Part shown: in pieces, positions 60,030-64,000 of the stretch
How the letters are laid out: the number at the start of each line of letters is the position of its first letter
Numbering within the stretch: the stretch's first letter is position 1
Source of the DNA: an uncultured Gemmatimonadaceae bacterium
GTDB lineage: Bacteria > Gemmatimonadota > Gemmatimonadetes > Gemmatimonadales > Gemmatimonadaceae
Direction: 5' to 3'
DNA length: 64,000 nucleotides
NCBI GenBank assembly: GCA_963822945.1
Contig: CAWGJO010000022.1
Location: 8,182 to 72,181 of the forward strand
Made by a program: the position numbers and the translations under genes
The notes under the pieces: generated by a model
Seen by the model: only the letters and a program-made list of their open reading frames with translations
Told to the model about the DNA's origin: nothing
Database searches by the model: none

Positions 60030-61468
60030 AGATACGGTTGCGCGAGCCAGACCAGGCCGTCACGCACCTTGACGGGGAAGGGGCGACGGCGGTGGTCCAC
60101 GCTCGTGAACGAGCGGGCGGCGTCGCGCTTGGCATCGATCATCGTGTCGAGGCGGGACGCCAACTCCGGCGAGTAGCACTCCACCGCGTACTCGAAGTTG
60201 AGCCGCAGGCTCCGCGGATCCCAGTTGGTCGAGCCGACCAGCGCCCATTCCCCGTCCACGGTGAACAGCTTGGAGTGGTCGAACGGTGGCGGCGAGAGAA
60301 ACACCTGGCATCCGCCGCGCAGCACCTGGCCGAGCTGCGCCGTCTGCGCCCACTGCACCGTGCGGAGATTGCCCCGCGAGGGCAGGATGATCTCCACCGC
60401 CACGCCGCGCAGAGCGGCCACCTTGAGCGCGTCGATGATCGGAGGATCGGGCAGGAAATAGGGCGTCACGATGCGAATGCGCTGCCGGGCCTGCGCGATC
60501 GCGCCGAGAAACGCGAAGATCAGCGCTTCGAAATCCTCGTCGGGCCCGTCGGGGATGCCGCGTGCCAGCATGGGTCCGGCGGCATCGAGCGGCGGGAACC
60601 AGGCTTCGGCTTCGAGGCGCTCGCGGGCCGCGAACTTCCAGTCGAAGGCAAAGGCGCTCATGAACTGTCGCACCACCGGCCCCCGGAACCGAAAGTGCAC
60701 GTCCTGCGTGGCGTGCTTCGGCTCGAGCGACAGCATGCAGGCATCGCGGATGTTCAATCCGCCGCAGAAGCCGATGACGCCGTCCACGATCATCAGCTTG
60801 CGGTGGTTTCGCAGGTTGAAATACGGATGCGAGAAGGGGAACGCCGAGGGCAGAAACTCCGCCACGCGCACGCCGCTCCGTCGCAGCGAGGCCATGATCG
60901 GCGGCCGGCTGTAGCGCGCGCCCACGCCGTCGATCAGCACACGTACTTCGACGCCGCGGGTGACGGCGCGAGCCAATGCGTCCACGAACCGGTCGGCCAC
61001 GGCACCCCGGTCGAAGATGTAGGTGGCGAGCGCGACCGTGTGGCGCGCACCGTCGATGGCATCGAGCATCGCCGGATAGCCCTCGTCGCCGCCCACCAGT
61101 GGTTCCACGGAGTTGCCGGGTGTGAGCGGCGCGCCGGTGACGCGCCCTATGAGATTGGCCAGCGGCCGAAGCGTGGTGGGGATCATTTCCGGCGTTGCGC
61201 CGGTGAGTGGGAGCGCGTGGCTTCCGGTCGGGGTCATCCCGGAGCCCACGCGGTCGCGGCGCAACTCGCCGGCCCGGCGCCGGATTCGGTTCACGCCCAG
61301 GAAGACGTACATCGCCGAGCCGATCACCGGCGTGAGCCAGACGAGTCCGATCCACCCGATCGCGGCGCGGGGATCGTGCTTGGTGAGGACGATGTGCGTG
61401 GAGACGCCGATCGCCAGCACGATGTGAACGACGCCGATGAGCAGCTGGAGCGATCCGGGGGACAGCAT
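60026..61468 (-). CDS. cls: cardiolipin synthase (two PLD HKD motifs)
   Basis: In-frame part of ORF 60026..61717 starting MLSPGSLQLLIGVVHIVLAIG. HKD motifs NHRKLMIVDG and DHSKLFTVDGEWALVGSTN. Confidence 0.9.
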   Translation of the reverse strand: MLSPGSLQLLIGVVHIVLAIGVSTHIVLTKHDPRAAIGWIGLVWLTPVIGSAMYVFLGVNRIRRRAGELRRDRVGSGMTPTGSHALPLTGATPEMIPTTLRPLANLIGRVTGAPLTPGNSVEPLVGGDEGYPAMLDAIDGARHTVALATYIFDRGAVADRFVDALARAVTRGVEVRVLIDGVGARYSRPPIMASLRRSGVRVAEFLPSAFPFSHPYFNLRNHRKLMIVDGVIGFCGGLNIRDACMLSLEPKHATQDVHFRFRGPVVRQFMSAFAFDWKFAARERLEAEAWFPPLDAAGPMLARGIPDGPDEDFEALIFAFLGAIAQARQRIRIVTPYFLPDPPIIDALKVAALRGVAVEIILPSRGNLRTVQWAQTAQLGQVLRGGCQVFLSPPPFDHSKLFTVDGEWALVGSTNWDPRSLRLNFEYAVECYSPELASRLDTMIDAKRDAARSFTSVDHRRRPFPVKVRDGLVWLAQPYL

Positions 61469-61604
61469 GGGGAGATGATACTGTAGATTGCGTGGACGGG
61501 CGAGATGGACGGCCCGACCCACGGCGGAACGACGAGTTCGGTGTGGTCGGTCAACGGTGATCAGTCGTCCGTGCCCGTTTCCACCCGTTCGCTCCCCGAT
61601 CTCC

Positions 61605-61979
61605 ATGCGCCCCCGCGTCTCCGTGTCCTTCCTTCGTGCACTCGCGCTCCGCTGCCCGCGGTGCGGCGGCCGTTCCATCCTGAAGGACTGGCTGCATCTG
61701 CGCGCCGAGTGTCCCACCTGCGCGCTGGCGCTCGAGCGCGGCGAGACCGAGGACTACTGGTACGGCGGCTTCATGTTCAACATCATCGCCGCCGAGCTGC
61801 TGAGCATGGGGACGGTCGTGGTGATCATCGTCGCCACCTTTCCCGACGTGCCATGGACCGTGCTGGAGTTTCTGGCGCCGGCGCTCGCCGTCGCGGCGCC
61901 CGTTCTGGCGTTCCCGTTCACGCGCTGCCTCTGGCTGGCCTGGGATCTGTCGTTTCGACCCACCGAGCCGGGGGACTGA
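61605..61979 (+). CDS. DUF983-family zinc-ribbon membrane protein
   Basis: In-frame part of ORF 61488..61979. LRCPRCGGRSILKDWLHLRAECPTCALALERGETEDYW followed by two TM helices. Confidence 0.7.
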   Translation: MRPRVSVSFLRALALRCPRCGGRSILKDWLHLRAECPTCALALERGETEDYWYGGFMFNIIAAELLSMGTVVVIIVATFPDVPWTVLEFLAPALAVAAPVLAFPFTRCLWLAWDLSFRPTEPGD

Positions 61980-62182
61980 AGCAGAAGAGAATCCAGGGCG
62001 CCCTCGCAGCCTGGAGTTCGCGGCCGAGTGTCGGCGCCCGCCCCGCGCGCCGCTCTGCCGCCAAACCCCTACACAGTCTCGGGTCCCTGCCGACAGAGGT
62101 GCGACGCGGGTGCCGGCATCTTCCAATCCACCGGCGGGCGTTGCCGCCCGTCGCACTCGGCCCCACGGGGCGGGAGGTGCTC

Positions 62183-62800
62183 ATGCTGAAGCTTCGCAAC
62201 ATCATGACGACCGACGTCGTTTCCGTCACTCCGCTCACCACGCTGCGTGACGCCATGGAGTTGCTGTCGCGTCAGCACGTGACCGGGGCGCCCGTTCTGG
62301 CGGGCGAGCGCGTCGTGGGGGTCGTGTCGGCGGCCGACCTCATCGGGTTTGCCGCGTCCGAGCCGGGCGTACCGCGCGAGCGAGAGGACGCGGAAGACAC
62401 GGAGTGGCGCGACTGGAGCGAGCTGCCGCTGCCCGACCGCAGCGACGAGGAGAACGGGCCTTCCGGCGAGTTCTTCACCGATCTGTGGGAGGACGCGGGC
62501 GCCGAGGTCACCCAGCGCATGGAGAGCGTGGACGGACCGGAGTGGAATACCCTGGAGGAACACGAGGTCCGCGAGGTGATGACGCGTCGCCTGTGGGCGC
62601 TGCGGCCGGACGACTCGGTGGAACAGGCCGCCGAGTTGATGAGCCGGGCCGGCATCCACCGTGTGCTGGTGGTCGAGGATGAGAAGCTGGTCGGGATCGT
62701 CACGGTCACCGACATCGCGCGGGCGGTGGCCGAGCGCAAGGTGAGTGGAAGGACCTACGTGTTCAATCGCGACCGGGAGTTCCGCGAGCCCTGGTCCTGA
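62183..62800 (+). CDS. CBS-pair domain protein with an acidic insert
   Basis: Tail of ORF 61505..62800. RBS GGGAGG. MLKLRNIMTTDVVSVTP...GAPVLAGERVVGVVSAADL and VREVMTRRLWALRP...HRVLVVEDEKLVGIVTVTDI. Confidence 0.85.
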   Translation: MLKLRNIMTTDVVSVTPLTTLRDAMELLSRQHVTGAPVLAGERVVGVVSAADLIGFAASEPGVPREREDAEDTEWRDWSELPLPDRSDEENGPSGEFFTDLWEDAGAEVTQRMESVDGPEWNTLEEHEVREVMTRRLWALRPDDSVEQAAELMSRAGIHRVLVVEDEKLVGIVTVTDIARAVAERKVSGRTYVFNRDREFREPWS

Positions 62801-62832
62801 GACACGGCCGCCTTCGGGCGGAGGAGGGACCC

Positions 62833-63758
62833 ATGTTTCGCACCATCGTAGTGCCGCTCGACGGATCACCGCTGGCCGAGCACGCGATCGCGACGGCGAC
62901 CATGCTCGCCGAGCGGGCGAACGCCGAGGTCGTAGCTCGTGCGTGCCCACGAACTGATGCTCCACGATCTGGGCGATCAGTTGGCGCTGGAGCAGGCCAT
63001 GCGCGAGGAAGCGCAGGACTATCTGGACCGCACGGCGAAGGGGATCCACAGCGAGATCGGACTCACGCCCGCGGACGGCGATCCTGGACGGCCCGCCGGC
63101 CCACGCCATCTGCGAGTTCGCGCGGAAGCAGAAGGAGCCGCTGCTGGTGATGTCCACGCACGGGCGCACGGGGTTCAGCCGTGCCTGGATGGGCAGCGTG
63201 GCCGACGCGGTCGTGCGCAGCACATCGGCACCGGTGTTGATGCTCCGGCCGGAGGAGGCGCCCGACGGGCTGCTGGAGCCGCTCGGGGTGTTTCACCGGA
63301 TGCTGCTGCCGGTCGACGGCTCGGGATACTCGGAGCAGGTGGTGCCGCATGCCATGGCGCTCGCCGAATTGACGACCGCGCAGGTACTGCTGCTCGAAGT
63401 GGTGAAGCCCGTGTTCACCCCGGCGTTCATGCCGGCCATGGAGTACGTCGTGTCCTATGCGCCGCCGGAGGAGTACGCCACCGAGGCCACCTCATCGCAG
63501 GTGGAGCGGGCGGCCGACTACGTGTCGTCGCTCGCCGTGAAGCTGCGCCGCCAGTATGCGACGCTCGACATCCAGACCGAGGTGCGGACGGATGCGTCGC
63601 CGGCCACGGCGATTCTCGACACCGCGCAGGCGCAGGGGACGGATGTGGTGGCGATGACCACGCACGGGCGGGGAATGCGGCGGCTGATGATCGGCAGCGT
63701 GGCCGACAAGATTCTCCGCGGCGGACCGCGGGCGCTGCTGGTGGTTCGGCCCGAGTAG
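62833..63758 (+). pseudogene. tandem universal stress protein (UspA-type), two frame changes as assembled
   Basis: MFRTIVVPLDGSPLAEHAIATATMLAERANAEV (ORF 62833..63150) | HELMLHDLGDQLALEQAMREEAQDYLDRTAKGIHSEIGLTP (ORF 62939..63949) | RTAILDGPPAHAICEFARKQKEPLLVMSTHGRTGFSRAWMGSVADAVVR...MTTHGRGMRRLMIGSVADKILR (ORF 63147..63758). Confidence 0.8.
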
Positions 63759-63759
63759 C

Positions 63760-63910
63760 CTACTCGCCGCAGCCGCAGTTCGGACCGCAGGGTCCGGACT
63801 GCGGCTGTCGCGCGGCCACGACGCGCTTCCACGCGCGGCGCGCGAGGTACGCGGCAGCGCCGAGCAGCGCCACGCCGACGAGCACGTTCTGGACCAGCGG
63901 CGCTGGTCAT
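63760..63910 (-). CDS. FeoB-associated Cys-rich small membrane protein; start uncertain
   Basis: My translation gives ...LVQNVLVGVALLGAAAYLARRAWKRVVAARQPQSGPCGPNCGCGE*. The intact minimal ORF runs from GTG 63885. ATG 63910, which overlaps the upstream stop as ATGA, would need a 1-nt correction. Confidence 0.5.
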
Positions 63911-64000
63911 GCCGTCCCGCCCAGGCCGAGTGCCAACCCGCCGTGGTAAATCACGAAGGCGACGCCGTAGGCCAGCACCAGCATGTAGGTGAACTGGAGG
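63907..64000 (-). CDS. feoB: 3' end of a membrane protein gene, probably feoB; 5' part lies outside the window
   Basis: My translation gives ...LQFTYMLVLAYGVAFVIYHGGLALGLGGTA*, like typical FeoB C-termini. It is immediately followed by the Cys-rich FeoB-associated peptide gene. Confidence 0.45.
   Translation of the reverse strand, partial: LQFTYMLVLAYGVAFVIYHGGLALGLGGTA

Overview
Visibly GC-rich bacterial chromosomal window; third codon positions in real genes are almost always G or C. The gene content (BNR/sortilin-type and carboxypeptidase-regulatory-domain proteins, S9/S41/M20 peptidases, TPR proteins) suggests a Gemmatimonadota-like soil bacterium, but that is inference only. I support about 60 protein-coding genes, 8 tRNA genes (a seven-tRNA operon His-Trp-Glu-Glu-Asp-Leu-Thr plus a separate tRNA-Gly), several sigma70-type promoters and hairpin terminators, and one IS3-type orfA remnant. 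I saw no rRNA, CRISPR array, integrase or intact transposase. Many long ORFs in the track are antisense artefacts of high GC and were ignored. Four observations stand out. (1) 4.0-9.4 kb: a CHASE3 hybrid histidine kinase, an orphan GspE/PilB-type secretion ATPase with a C-terminal degenerate receiver domain and a His/Gly/Asn repeat tail, an Hpt protein and a CheY-like receiver. Together these look like a phosphorelay acting on a secretion/pilus motor. (2) 20.4-23.3 kb: a divergent cluster of a 12-TM and a 4-TM membrane protein sharing an H-x-H...G...W-x-P helix motif like heme-copper oxidase helix X, with DUF2249, ScdA_N and cupin genes and a CRP/FNR-like palindrome. (3) 29.9-35.4 kb: a stress-type gene block (PRC-barrel, sigma54 activator, HPF/RaiA-like, LuxR regulator, IS3 remnant, Lmo0937-like peptide). 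(4) Frame-disrupting indels are very patchy. Some genes carry several per kb, while long neighbouring genes have none. This looks more like local sequence-quality problems than true pseudogenes, but reads are needed to decide. All family calls come from motifs read by eye; no database search was run.
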